Source: Ruditapes philippinarum (lineage: Eukaryota). Taken from it: a DNA stretch of 64,000 bases. Made by a program: the position numbers and the translations under genes. Shown piece after piece: positions 38,391 to 51,774 of this stretch (position 1 is its first letter; the number at the start of each line of letters is the position of its first letter). A model generated the notes under the pieces. The model made no database searches, was not told the origin of the DNA, and saw only the letters and a program-made list of their open reading frames with translations. The DNA is taken from NCBI RefSeq assembly GCF_026571515.1, contig NW_026852705.1, positions 186,001 to 250,000 of the forward strand. Reading direction: 5' to 3'.

Positions 38391-39448
38391 TATGTCGTGG
38401 CCACGATTTACTAAGTCGTGGCCACGAGTTACTAAGTCGTGGTCACGAGTTACTAAGTCGTGGCCACGGGATAGTTAAAGTCGTGGCCACGAGATAGTTA
38501 AGTCTGGGAACGAGATACTACATGTATGCCGTGGCCACGAGATAGTTAAGTCGTGGCCACGAGATCTATGTCGTGGCCACGAGTTACTAATTATGTCGTG
38601 GTCACGAGATAGTTAAGTCGTGCGCACGAGATAACCAATCAGATTACACTATTTATATGAGTTTTCCTAATTAACTGGACATGTGCTATAGTACAAGGAT
38701 ATGCCCTGTAAAATAGTCATTTACAAATACAAGTTATTGATTGGTCAATGATTTTACATTTAGCGTCATTGTGACCCTGATTTTTGACCCAATGACCTCA
38801 AAATTATTAGGTGTCATCTACTGATCAGGTGCAATGATCTTTCTAGGTTATATAAACCATGGCTTATTCCTTCTAAATCATTCATCAGACAAGGATTTTA
38901 CATGAAGTGTCATGTTTACCTTGACCCTTGACCTCAAACATCCTTATAGGCTATCTACTGTCCATGGGCATTGTCCCTACCAAATAAAATAAACCAGGAC
39001 TAATTCCTTCTCAAGTTATCGTATAAACAAGGTTAACAGGCCGTTGTATGTACAAACTGACCAATTCTATAATAGAATTGTCCCCACAAAGGGCGATAAC
39101 TTAGTCAAAATTAATGTCTGATATATGGGCCTTAGAAGATGACTTTCTAACATAATCTATAAAGACATGGAACACTACAGTATTTTCAAAGATTAATGTT
39201 GCATATAAAACTTTAAACAGATTATTTCTTAGTTTAAAAAAAATCATATATATATAGTGTTATCTAATTGGTTAATTATCTCGTGCGCACGACTTAGTTA
39301 ACTCGTGGCCACGACTTAGTAACTCATGGTCACGACATAGTATATCGTGGCTACGACATAGTATCTTGTTCCCACGACTTAACTATCTCGTAGCCACGAC
39401 TAATTAAGTAACTCGTGGCCACGACATAGTATCTCGTGCGCACGAGAT
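38391..39448. mobile_element. Foldback-like element with inverted arrays of ~20-bp palindromic units
   Basis: Left array of (ctaagtcgtggccacgag..)n at 38391-38635 mirrored at ~39280-39445; the inverted homology continues into unique sequence (cagattacactat / atagtgttatct). Confidence 0.7.
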
Positions 39449-39459
39449 AAATACACACG

Positions 39460-39498
<39 letters not shown>

Positions 39499-41364
39499 CA
39501 CCTTTGTGCCACCGTAGTAATCTACATACGAAATATCGAAAAAAATAAGTATTTCTAGCCTTGATTGCGTATAATATAACATATTGAAATACGCAAAAAG
39601 TCTTCAAATTCATGGGCAGATATATAATTCGAAAATGAGGGCGGTGACACACAGTGTTTTTGCTTAAAATGTATTCTGTGAACGTGCATAGTTTACATAA
39701 CTTTCAATCTGCCCTAGCAGACGGCTTTAAACATCGTGCTCCATTGTTCTTTCTAGTATAATACAAAGTATTTATTTTATTATTTCTTATAATAAAAAGA
39801 ACCAAAAATGCAAGCATGTAGAATTTATAGACTATATATTATGTCAATTTAAATGGTGTCTGAGATATACATACATAATAAAGAATAAAAAATACATGTA
39901 ATTATATTCTATATACACGACAAAATATACCCACAAAAACCCCGAAAAGACAAAACGTTTATTTTTACAATTTTAATTAACCAATAGTATAAAGGAACAA
40001 TATCAGTTATATAATTATAGTATAATCATTCACTGATCTCACATAATATAAATAAACTCTTATCGATTTGACACTTCAAATTCTATAACCTATTTAAAAC
40101 ATGCTGATACGTAATGTTTTAAACTACCAATCAGAATTTAGGGAAATACCCGAACCGAAGTTTTAATACCTATACATAAATACCCTTAACTGATAACTTG
40201 AATCATATGCACAGGCACCCGTGAACTACCGGCAAGGTAAGACCTATTTTTGCTCTTTATTCATATTTTTACCTAAATATTATCATGCTTAAAGTGTCTT
40301 AGATGCGACATGTTAGAAATTTAAGATTAGGAATTTAGATGTATCAGAGGGAAATTTTTTAACGTTTTCATGCATGTGTTATGTAATGAGTGATTAAAGC
40401 GCGCAGACTTAATCTCAACATATTAATTAAGTGCGATGGCACAAAGGTGATGCACATGCATTTTTAAACTCAAGTGTATACGAGGTACATATATATTAAC
40501 TAAAAGAAATGTATGTGTCAAAGTGCAAACTATATAGTTTAGTTGTATTCCGATGTAAACAGTAAGAGTACGCGTAAGCTTACGCTTTTTTTGTTGGAAA
40601 AAATGCATGAATTTCGTGGTTTTGTCACAAAAACATTTCCGTGGGTTTCTAAATTCGTTGACTGTTTATTTTTCCAAAAGGTAAAATGTAAATAATGTGA
40701 TGCAAAATAATCTTACAGCAGACGAAAATAAAATTTCGTTGGATCTTGAATCCGTGGTTTGACCTATCCACGAAAACCACGATAATTAGTTTCCCACGAA
40801 TAATAATGATTTTGCAGTATACAATGTATTACATATTTAGGAAAGAGATAATTAATGATAACCCGAGAGAAAAAAGAGTGCAGTTAAAAGTATTGCAAAT
40901 CACATGCATGCGTGTCATCGTAAATAAAACATTATGCGTAAGTTTGATTTGTAGGTCACATTTTAATTAAACGTTTCCAGAATTCTTGTCAATTTCATAG
41001 CAATTTTTTTTGTTGCTTTAATTCATTTATAATCTGGGTGGCTCATTTTTGTTACACATACACTATATTATAATAAAGATAGAAATATACCATAACTGAT
41101 GTTTTTACTGTAATGTAGTATGTTCGCCATTCTTTTCATGAAATGACATTTTGCCTATGGAGAATTTTGATATTCATTAAAACTTTTTAAAAGTGATTTT
41201 TTTTAAACAAAACTTGATAAAGAGGCGCAAAATAAAATTTAATGTGAAATCCTTGTCCAATGGAGCCTTGAATATCATCAGTACACTAAATTGTGCACTG
41301 AAAAACAGCGTCATAGCAATTTACTTGTATTGATTAGCAGTCACATTCATACACTAATTTTAAC

Positions 41365-41660
41365 AGCCAGTCCGCATAGCTCAATCGGTTAGAGCGCGAG
41401 ACTTGTAATCTCGACATTGTGGGTTCGATTCCCGGGCTGGCCAACTAAAATTACTAATCAGTCTTTCGGACGAGACTTTAAATCGAGGTCCCGTGTATGG
41501 GTGCTTAAATACTTGGCACGCTAAAGAACCAGAAGCTTCTGGAATTGGGGCATCTTTCTGTATCTGTAATTGCACTATCCTCCAAAAATCTAAAATGACT
41601 AACAGTCTTCTGGAGGACTCGCCCATATGGGCAACCGGTGGCGAGCATAAATAAACGCAA

Positions 41661-41702
<42 letters not shown>
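41365..41702 (+). mobile_element. tRNA-derived V-type SINE with a (CA)n tail
   Basis: tagctcaatcggttagagc / ggttcgattccc head; ctttcggacgagactttaaatcgaggtcccgtg V-domain-like motif; TSD acactaatttt. Confidence 0.8.
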
Positions 41703-41709
<7 letters not shown>

Positions 41710-42659
41710 TTTTGACTTGTAAACTATCATATAAATCCGTTGCTAAATTAGAATACGTTATCTATATAAATCACTCTTTCTTTATCACTTTGACAAGTTA
41801 AAGAACCAGGAAGAACTGTGGATACAAAAACAACTAACCAATCGATAGACAATAAATTATTGATAAGTTGACGGACTTTTTGTCGGTAATTTAGAGAATT
41901 TATCTCGCAATGATATCTTTACATTTAACTTTCAAGAGCGCTTTTAGGAAATGAATGTATTGGTAATAATAACATGTTCAACCATTATGTTATTTATTAT
42001 GTTATTACGCCACATTTTTTTTAAATCGTTCACCACGTTTTCAAATGAATATCTAAAGAAAATGTGTTGAAATCGGATCAAAAACAAATAAACAAATTTT
42101 TCGATATAATTAAACTAGAAATACAAACCAATAAAAAATGTGACGATTTTATAAACGAATTTACATAATTATGCTAAATATATTATACAATTTTATATAT
42201 CGTGCTTAGTTTACAGAATTTATTTCAGATCGATTGTGTAGGAAGCTATAAGTAAACGCTAATATACACCCTTGGACCTGTTCAGTACTGAGCATTGAGT
42301 GTTAAAACAACGATCGAACAACTTAATTAACATGAAGAATGATTTTATTCAGATTAAAAAGTGAACTTCTTATGGTCAAGTCTCTAATTTTGAATGACTT
42401 ACATGGTTAATAATTAAAAGATTTATGTCTATATTAAAAAAGACATTGTTTAAACGAGCAATCTGGGGATCTGATTCTTCTCTATGGAGACTACTGATGA
42501 CGGACGTAACATTCCTTTCTGATATGAAGACATTTGAATCAGTTTTAAAATTAAATTGGTGAAATATATAGATTTAATTGGAAATCGATCAATTAAGGTT
42601 CGCTTAGTTGTCTTTTGAACAATATGCATGATTAAGTCCTGTATACAGAATACATATTC

Positions 42660-43115
42660 AATGCGTCACTTACTTAATAACACAATCAAGGCGTCACTTG
42701 CTTTATATTACAATCACGGCAATACTTACTAAATAACACAATCAGGGCAACACTTATTTAATAACACAATCAAGGCGGTACTTATTAAAAACACAAGACA
42801 GCACTTACTTAATAACACAATCAGGGCAACACTTATTTAATAACACAATCAAGGCGGCACTTCTTAAAAAACACAAGACAGCACTTACTTAATGCGACAA
42901 TTATCAATGCAGCACTTACTTGATAACACAATCAATGCGGTACTTATTAAATAACACAATGCAGCACTTACTTAATAACACAATCAAGGCAGCACTTACT
43001 AAATAACACAATCAACCTGCAGCACTTTTTAAATATTACAATCAAGAAGCAGCACTTACATTATAACACAACCTAGGCAGCACTATATGTTACCATAAAA
43101 ATCAATGCAGCACTT
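42660..43115. repeat. Degenerate ~24-28-bp minisatellite upstream of the TLR coding exon
   Basis: gcacttacttaataacacaatcaag-type units in tandem. Confidence 0.9.
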
Positions 43116-43338
43116 CAATGATTATAAGGCAAAGAATATTAATTTGATGAAAAGTTTTGTATAACTTTGTTGTTGTTGTTGTTGTTCTTCTTCTTCTTCT
43201 TCTTCTTATAATTTATTTTGCCGGTGTTCTTGAATATACTTGATGTTTTAAATGAGGTTAGGTTTAATGTCAATATAATGGTGAATTGAAAAGATTTATT
43301 TTGAATGTTCATTTTTTCAGACTGATTGGCGATTACAT

Positions 43339-45650
43339 ATGAAAAAGATAATGGAAAAGGCAATTATATCCGGATTAACATTTTTCTTCATCGTAATTTT
43401 ATATATCGATGGCGGCCTTTGTGTGTGTTTGAATAGCACACACTTCAAAATGACAGGTACTTCCAACACCATTATCAACAATAATTGGTTCTTCAATTGC
43501 ACCGGTGCCAAATTCTTGGACATGTCCAACAACCAATTTATTAAAGTGGGGAATGAATCATTCGACACATTGTGGAGAATTCAAGAGCTAAATCTCGGCT
43601 ATAACAACATTTCTGTGATAGAGCCGGAAGCTTTAGCTATTATGCGTAGCCTGGAACATCTCTACATTGATCATAATGAACTAGTTGAGCTTCCATTGGA
43701 CTTCTTTATCAACAAAAACAACTTGATCTCTGTTGATCTCTCATACAATAACATTACACATATTCCTCTGGCAGTGTTTAACTACAGTATGATAAAACTT
43801 GATAGAGTATTACTTCACCACAATCAGATTACAGCATGTGAACCCTGGGCTTACGTTAAACAAGCTATACGACTTGTAGACGTAAGGTATAACCAAGTGT
43901 CAACATTCACCAATGACGCTAATTGGACATACACGTCCAGAACGGTTTATGACGAGGTAAATTTTACATATTTTATCATTAGGATAGTGTTAGATTGTTC
44001 TGTAAACCAAGCAAATTTAACTCAACTGAATTCACAAACTGCAATTTTCATCACAATTTCAAATAAAATAATAAACAACTGTGATATAATGTTTTTAACC
44101 AGGACAGCAAATTGTAAAAGGGAGTGTACAGTTTAATTGTTTCCAATGATTATTTTTGTCATTGTTATGCATTCGTTATTTTTTCTTATTTTAAGGCATC
44201 AACAGACCTGCGATATAACTTAATCACCGACTGGCGAGACTCGTATTTACAACAGTACAAATCACCTTCTGTAGAAAGTTCTGGAATTGAAACATTACTG
44301 GTTGAGCTATTACCAGACATTCGTGAAAATCCATTTAAGTGCGACTGTTATACTCATCATTTGGTAAAACGTGTCCGGGCGTCATTTTTCAGGTGGTCAA
44401 ACAGCGAGTATCTTGACATAACATGTTATAATCCTCCAAACTTACGAGGGAAACGTGCTTTCTATGACGTGGCCCTCACTGAACTTGTTTGTAACATAAC
44501 GAATGATTGTCCTGCAGGGTGTCTATGCCAAGACAGACCAGAAGATGGCATACTGAATGTTGACTGCGGCGATTTAAATATGACTGTTATGCCAACAGTT
44601 TTACCAGTAAGTCCATACAATGACATCCATGTGCAATTGGGAAACAATGAAATCAATCAACTATCGAACGTAACTTACTTACAGTACGTTACAAATTTGT
44701 CAATGCCTAGTAATTTCCTTACCGAAATCCCTGACTTTGTCATGGACGAATTGGCAAGAAAGAAAAATGCTATGGTTGACTTCCGAAACAACTCGCTCAC
44801 AGTGATCCCAAAAGGAGCGCAAAATATAAAGTTCGAAAACACCCAGTTTCAAGGAAATAATCTTGAGTGTTCATGTGAAATGCTCTGGATGGTAGAATGG
44901 ATCAATCTGGCACCTAGATACGCCGATAAAAGTCTAAGCTGTAAACTTGATGGAAAAGTGTACAAAATAACCGATCTTAATGAAGATATTTTGGAATGCA
45001 ATGAAATTGACAGTGTCATTCTCATTGTCATACTATCCCTCGTTCTTGTTGTTGTTATTGCATTGTTGATTACCGCTAAACGATGTCCCTACGAGACGAA
45101 AGTGCTTATATTCAAAATATTTCGTATTCACCCATCTGATAAGTACGAAGTGGACAATAACGCCGACAAATCATATGACATGTATGTGTCGTTTGATGAT
45201 GACGATCCCTACGTCACGCAATGGGTCAAAAAGGTTCTGTTCAAACAACTGGAGGAAAAGAAGCCTAGATATAAGTTAAGTGTTTACCAAAGAAATGGTC
45301 CACCTGGCCCAGAAGCTGATTCCAGATTACAACTTATTGATGAAAGCAAACGTCTTTTAATAATTCTAAGTGAAAACTATGAGAATCATACGTGGTGTGA
45401 GTACGAGCTTTGCCATTCTGAAACATTAGAGCAAAACGAAGGACGAATCATATATTTACTGTATGATAAGGTGGCAGAGGAAATTTCGAAGAAAGAGCCA
45501 TGGTTATCTAAAATGAAAGACAGAAAAGTTTTCAAGTTGCATGAGAAAATGTTTTGGTCAAAAATTCGATACGAGCTTCCTATGAAACGTATTTCTAATA
45601 ATAAGCCCAAACCAGTGCGACAACCAGAATATGCAAACATAAACGTATAA
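43339..45650 (+). CDS. Toll-like receptor, multi-cysteine-cluster (protostome) type, ~690 aa, 2 coding exons
   Basis: Exons 43339-43956 and 44196-45650 (phase 0): signal peptide, LRRs, LRRCT (NPFKCDC), LRRNT (CPAGCLC..VDC), LRRs, LRRCT (NNLECSC), TM helix, TIR domain (YDMYVSF, RNGPPG, WCEYEL, FWSKIRYELP). Confidence 0.93.
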
Positions 45651-47421
45651 ACTAACTATGGCATTCTTGCAAACAGCTTATTGGTTAATCGTTTGTCGCT
45701 GTTTTCCTGTCGCTGCTTGAGTCTTAATTAGATACACGTATTTTGCAAAAGATTAAAACTGGTTTGTAAATTCATGTAGTTTTTACTTTGGTTAAGATTT
45801 AAGAATCGATCATAGGATGAAAACCATTACTTATTTCAATTCATTATTATATGTGACTGTCCGTAAAAAAGCAATATTATATGTGTTGCATGCTATACCA
45901 ACAAACTGTAGGATACGTTTGAAACACTCAATAAATATATCATTGTGCTTTATAACCTTTTCCCCTTTAATTATGTTTCTGAATTGATATGATTTATGAA
46001 TAGATTGTCGTCCATAAAACAGTTGTCATTGACATGGTTTACAGTTTTAGATGTTTCACATTAGCTTTAGTTATTGCCATTTTTGTGTGTGGAATGAGTA
46101 TTGCTCCTAAATATATACCCTTAATTTTATTTTTTTAGATATACATAGATAATATATTCATTTATAGTTACATTAGGGAAGGAATTACTAAGCTTTCTAC
46201 ACAAAAAAAAAAACACAAAAAACAATCGGCAGAACGAGTCGCTAGTATACGGGTTCTCCTTGATGCACTGCAAATGCGCATGCTTATGTTTTCATTATTA
46301 TTATTTCATTTTTGTTTGTTTGTAATATTAATGTATTCCTTTCCTGTCCTATTATTATTATGTATATAATGTGTAGCAAACTAGAATGTATGTATGTTAC
46401 CTAAGTATAAATGTACATAGTGTATATAGATTGTGTTTTCTTACTTTCCCAGATGAGCGTTATGACCAATATCGCTTCATCTAGGCGAAGAAGATAATTT
46501 ATACGAGGGTGACTCAATATGTAGTCAATATGTAATGCAATATGATCAATAAATATAACAGAAGAGTAAATATTTTACAGTTTTCTATTTCAACCCTTCG
46601 AAATAATCTGCTCTGTTTCAGACGTTAAATTCAACTTTTAAATGGTTCAGGTATATCTTTCAATGCTTACTAGGAAAGAGCAAACAATCAGGAGAGAAAA
46701 CGGTGGATGTTTAAAAACAGTCACTCTTTTTTTTCTTCGAAAAAAAGTCAATTTCGTACAGTAGTACATTTGAAGGAGCGCTGGCATGCATAAAATACAG
46801 GCCTTTTATGCCAGTCTAGAACGAACTTTATTGAAGTGTTTTTTTTTCTTCAATTTTTCTTAACAGAACATCTCTATTATATTTGGATGTGACAAAACGG
46901 TCTCTAGAAACGGCCTCTAGGACTTTGGACCGCAGTTCCACGGGTGTTGAAAAAAACTTACTTTGGTGACACTTATATTCGTGTCATTTCTTTTTAATTT
47001 AAACATTCACTTCGAAACAGTTGCATTTGATACTTCATTGTTGCCATAAATATTACAAATGTCATTTTAAACATTTATAGCAGATGTTCCTAGTTTTACT
47101 CGAGATTTTATGAAAGCCGTATGTCAGCACTTTTAACCGAGTATGACCACCCATTTTTAATGAAGTTACTCGTGCAAGGTATTCTTTAATGAAAACAAAA
47201 TTCTTAAAATCGGTTGACTTCACATATGATTTTGGTATCATTTGAAAGCAGATGCTTTAACCCATAACCGCATGAGCATATTGTAAAAAATTGCCGTTTT
47301 CATTGAAAAGTTCAAATTGTTATGAAACTATAAAGGATGCTTCCATACCGATTAAATTTAACTTGGCACAAATGTTGACTAGACAATGGCCTTTGTAACG
47401 GCATGCTCAATCTAAAATTTC

Positions 47422-47620
47422 CTATAGTCCCGTTATCCTATCATTTTATTCCTATAGTAACATGTACTAACCGTTTATAAGTGTTTATACAAAGTGATAT
47501 TTACAGTGACAGAATGCAATGATGCATTACCGTACCCGTAAATATCACTTTGTATAAACACTTATAAGCGGTTAGTACATATGTTACTATAGGAATATAA
47601 TAATAGGATAACGGAACTAT
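47422..47620. mobile_element. ~200-bp near-perfect palindrome (MITE)
   Basis: ctatagtcccgttatcctat..cctatagtaacatgtactaaccg..tatacaaagtgatattt mirrored around a short loop. Confidence 0.8.
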
Positions 47621-50605
47621 AAGTTATTGAATGATTGACGTAGAGAAGAGAAACATGTTTGACTTAATATGAGACCCAATTTGCGTTTAAAAAAGGATTA
47701 AAGATTGAAAACAACAACTAGTATTAACTATTTATTCATATTTTATTTATTAATGATCTACCCTATGACGCCATGTCAACGAGGGGATATCTCAAAAATC
47801 CCAAAAATAACTATTTTGCGTTGATATTTTTCTCAGTGCTGCAACTTTTCAATGGACTGAGATAGAGCCAAAGGCTTTTTAGTGTTGGTTTCACGTTACC
47901 TTAAGATTGACCTGAGGCCTTTTTAGCCTCTCACAAGTCCAAACTTTTCTTGGTGTTGAAGGGGGCTACAAGCAGAAAAGTGTACCCCCTGATGTGTATT
48001 TTTGATAGTGGCGGCGCCGAAAAAGTGATCCCTTTTTAAACAACATTTCGCAATCGAAAACAAGAGTTTGGGGCCTTTATAGTGCATTATTTGATGCCTC
48101 ACTTAAAGGGGTGGGTTGAAAAGGCGTGAAAGCACGTCCCCTATATGAGCTAGGTAATGGGTTAAAGCATGCCAGGGTTTACACAAACACAAAATGATAT
48201 ACTTCATACTGCATTACATTTGATCCACCATGGTATTCGCTTTTAGAATTTCCTTAGGGATGCAGTTTAATTATTAATATCACAGCGAGAACAACACATT
48301 TTCCAAAGAAAACAATGACTTGTGTCTTTAACAAAATGTACGACGCGGTTGAAAATACTCATCCCTTAAACTGAAAACAGATTCTAAAATGGAGATAAAG
48401 ATATTTATTAAATGAAAGTTTGGTGACATCCATTCATGTACCAATTGCTGTGTCCACGACCCCCATAAAAGATGGAGTGCAGGGGACAACAGAAAAAAAC
48501 TTGGATTTTTCTTTCTGCCTGTCTCAACACTGCCGGCTGAATTCTAAAAATGGCCGGAAAATGGCCAAATTAATGTTTTACGGAGTTGGAGGCCATTTTA
48601 ATAAATTGACTAGTACATAAGATAATCTGCATGAGAAAATGCACGAACTAGTGTTCATCAAACCATACTTATTACATAGGTTTACAAGTACAAATGTTGC
48701 TGCAATGCAGCAATTGAGAAGCTCCGCGCAAAAAAAATGCACTCATTACAGATGCCTTACCAAATTACAATGTATTCCTACGCACAGGTCATGTTATATT
48801 CAGATTAAGTACTATTGTAGATTTTTTCCGAATGTTTTTTGTAAACCATTTTTTGGATAATTATACTTAGCTTATGCACTGTCCGTAATGAGAAAGAGGG
48901 GAAAGATATTTAATATAAAAAAATGTTGTCACTGATGCCTACCTGGTAAGGAAAGTAATTCCATTGAATACAAACAAGACTTACAAGACTTGTAAATGTT
49001 ATGTGACATGACTGTACTGTGTTCTGTTTGTGTCACTACTGTAGTCAGTAACATAAGATGATAAAAATATCAAAGTCTGTTTTTTTATTATTATAATTGT
49101 AACAAATATACAAATAGTAACAAAAGGGACTAATATTATAATATAGTAATATTACATGCATTTTTTCATGTCAAATTAAAAAAAAATGGTTTCTTTCAAT
49201 ACTGAAAGTAGAACACACTCTGGAATGAAAAAATGGGATGAATTTCAAAAAGACCAAATTCAGGAATTTTTTGTTTGTTATACACGCGTTACATGGTGAT
49301 ACAGTATTTATCAATATAATAGAAGACTGTTACCTGAATTTTAGGCAGGTATGAGGAAATTCACTAACATCATGTTCGTGCGAGTCAAAGATATAAAAGC
49401 TATTTGACATTGGTGATATATAAAAAAAACTATTGTTAATTGATTTATTTGGGAGATCAATATACATTTTTGTTGCATTGCTTTAAAACCATTCATAGAA
49501 AACATTATACTTCATGTTCAAACTGCAACTCAAAGTTTCTGTTGTTATCAATGATGCTATCTACCTATAGCCTATGCTTAACGAGGGTCCATCCGCTCGT
49601 AAGGCCACATAATGCAGCTTTCGCTGTCGAGTACGGACCCCCGGTCATGTCACCAGTCATACCCTTACAGAGTTTATTTTGAAGAACAAATTGATATGCT
49701 AATGAAATGAAACCTTATATACTAAAGTTTAATTATTTCAAAACAACCAATATATCAACATGTTATTATTTAACATTTAATTTCATAAATATAAATTAAG
49801 AATAATTATCAAAAGCAAAATTATTAAAGTCTTATGTACATTGGCTATACATATGCCAGGTTTGAAGACTTCATATATAACTTGACAGGACCTGATGTAA
49901 GCACATTGGCCACTTTTGATGGGTGTTGCAGGTATATCACTACAAATGCATATTGTCAGGTTCAAAACTAATATATTAATACTTAAATAGTCTAGGATGC
50001 TGTTTCGGTTAACTTTTCGACTTTGTTAAGGGGCGGCAATTTCTTCGCTCGGCACTAATTTTTTTCTATTTTGCTAAAATATTTACATAGAATGTCGCAA
50101 ATAAATTGCTTCTATGTCTGTTTCCCATATAAGAAAGTTATGTGTTTCATTTACAGGCATAGATAGCATACAAGCTTCAAATAAATAGCATTTTAAGGAT
50201 TCTGTCTTAAAATTGACTTAGTTTCAGGGCATGAATATCAACACATACTTAGAGATTGAAATATATTGAAAAAATGTAGCATAATTCAGTTATCTGCCTC
50301 TGAATAGCCTCTTATTTGTAGTTAAGATGCAAAATAGTGATAAGAATTTATTGTTTTCTATTTGGCAATACATATTTAAACATTCACATTGTATAATGCC
50401 ATAGTTTTTAGACTTTATGTCTGTTTAATGCATATTTGAATGAGCATCATAATGGGCAAGAGTATAATTATTTTGTAGAAAAAGATTTTTTAATCAGTAA
50501 AAGTTGATTAACTTTTTCACAATCATATTATGCACTACTGTAACACAGTTTTAGTGTCTCTGATGTGTCTATAAACAGAAAAAGAGCTTATTCAGGTAGA
50601 TAAGA

Positions 50606-51738
50606 CACGGGGGTGGAACCCCATATGTATCTCAAAAATGAGCATCGGTAAAAATTATATGTGAATTTCCGCTGCACCAGATGTGAAGCATAACACCAGA
50701 TGTGACTGTAAAAAATAGGTCAATCGCCGGGTAAGTGTTCATCTTTTTAAACATTTATATAAATTGAATCCTTTTTTAAGAAAATCGAAATGTGATTCGA
50801 CCCTCCTGACTCTCCTCTATTTTACCCATTTTTGTTTTGGATTTCTATGCAGTCTTCATCGAGATATTCTTTCCGTCGTGGGTTCTGGTGTGTCAAAAAC
50901 ATGCAATGTGAAAGACGAAAATGTCACAAAACGGACTCAAAAAACAGATTTTACGAAATTTCACTACAGACCGATGCTTAACATTCAGACAAATCCTGAT
51001 TTAAACATTTATTGAGATTTGGCTGCAAACGAAGGGAATCGCTGCTCAAAATTGCATTTGAGCTCCATATGTGCTGAAGAGATCCATATGTGCATAATAT
51101 GAAAATTTAGCAACATAATTACGCATCTCTTTCATAAAGCAATCTATACGTTATTCTTTTGTGTATCATTCTGAAATAAAAAGTATTATCCGAAACAGAC
51201 ACATTTTCACGAGACGAGCTTGAATAACCGAAAGAGATAAAAGACGTTCTGCATACGAAAGGTTTTGGAAATACGTAGATATAGTGGGAAGGCCTTGCTT
51301 ATTTTCATTTTTTGGCGTCATATGTACTGCAATCATTCCCTTTTTATGCCGTGATGCATTAATTTATTAACTAATTATTCACTCGACTGCACTGTCTGCT
51401 TAATAGGGGAGTAATGTGAAGCGTGTTTGAATTGGTACCATTTTCATTTAAAATATTCATTTGATTTTGCGTTGTTTACGCGAACTGGAGTAGAATAATT
51501 CTTATGGGACAGTTCTTTTGAGGAGGTTTACTTGTATATCACTGCATGGTAACCAGTAAGCAAATATTTGTGTTTGTGAGTGAACATCTATTTAATACAG
51601 GTATCGCGTGGTGCGGTGATTTTTCTTTGATACTCCTCGACTGCTATACGCCAGTAGCATGCTCTATTGATAATAACGCACAGTGCACATGGGTCATTGG
51701 ACTGTACCAAAATTTAGGATGAACCTACACCCCCAACC

Positions 51739-51774
<36 letters not shown>

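Noticed and set aside
38391-39448. CRISPR-like palindromic repeat array
   Set aside because: Inter-repeat bits are only ~6-12 nt and mutually similar; there are no unique spacers and no cas genes, and the context is eukaryotic.
41365-41440. tRNA gene
   Set aside because: The tRNA-like head runs into a V-domain body, CA tail and TSD, so it is a SINE. The same applies at 27855 and 57966.
42490-42525. Second hammerhead (ctgatgacggacg)
   Set aside because: No GAAA after a closable stem II.
45380-45420. TIR NADase activity inferred from the Glu in WCEYEL
   Set aside because: This Glu is also present in ordinary signalling TLRs, so it is not diagnostic.
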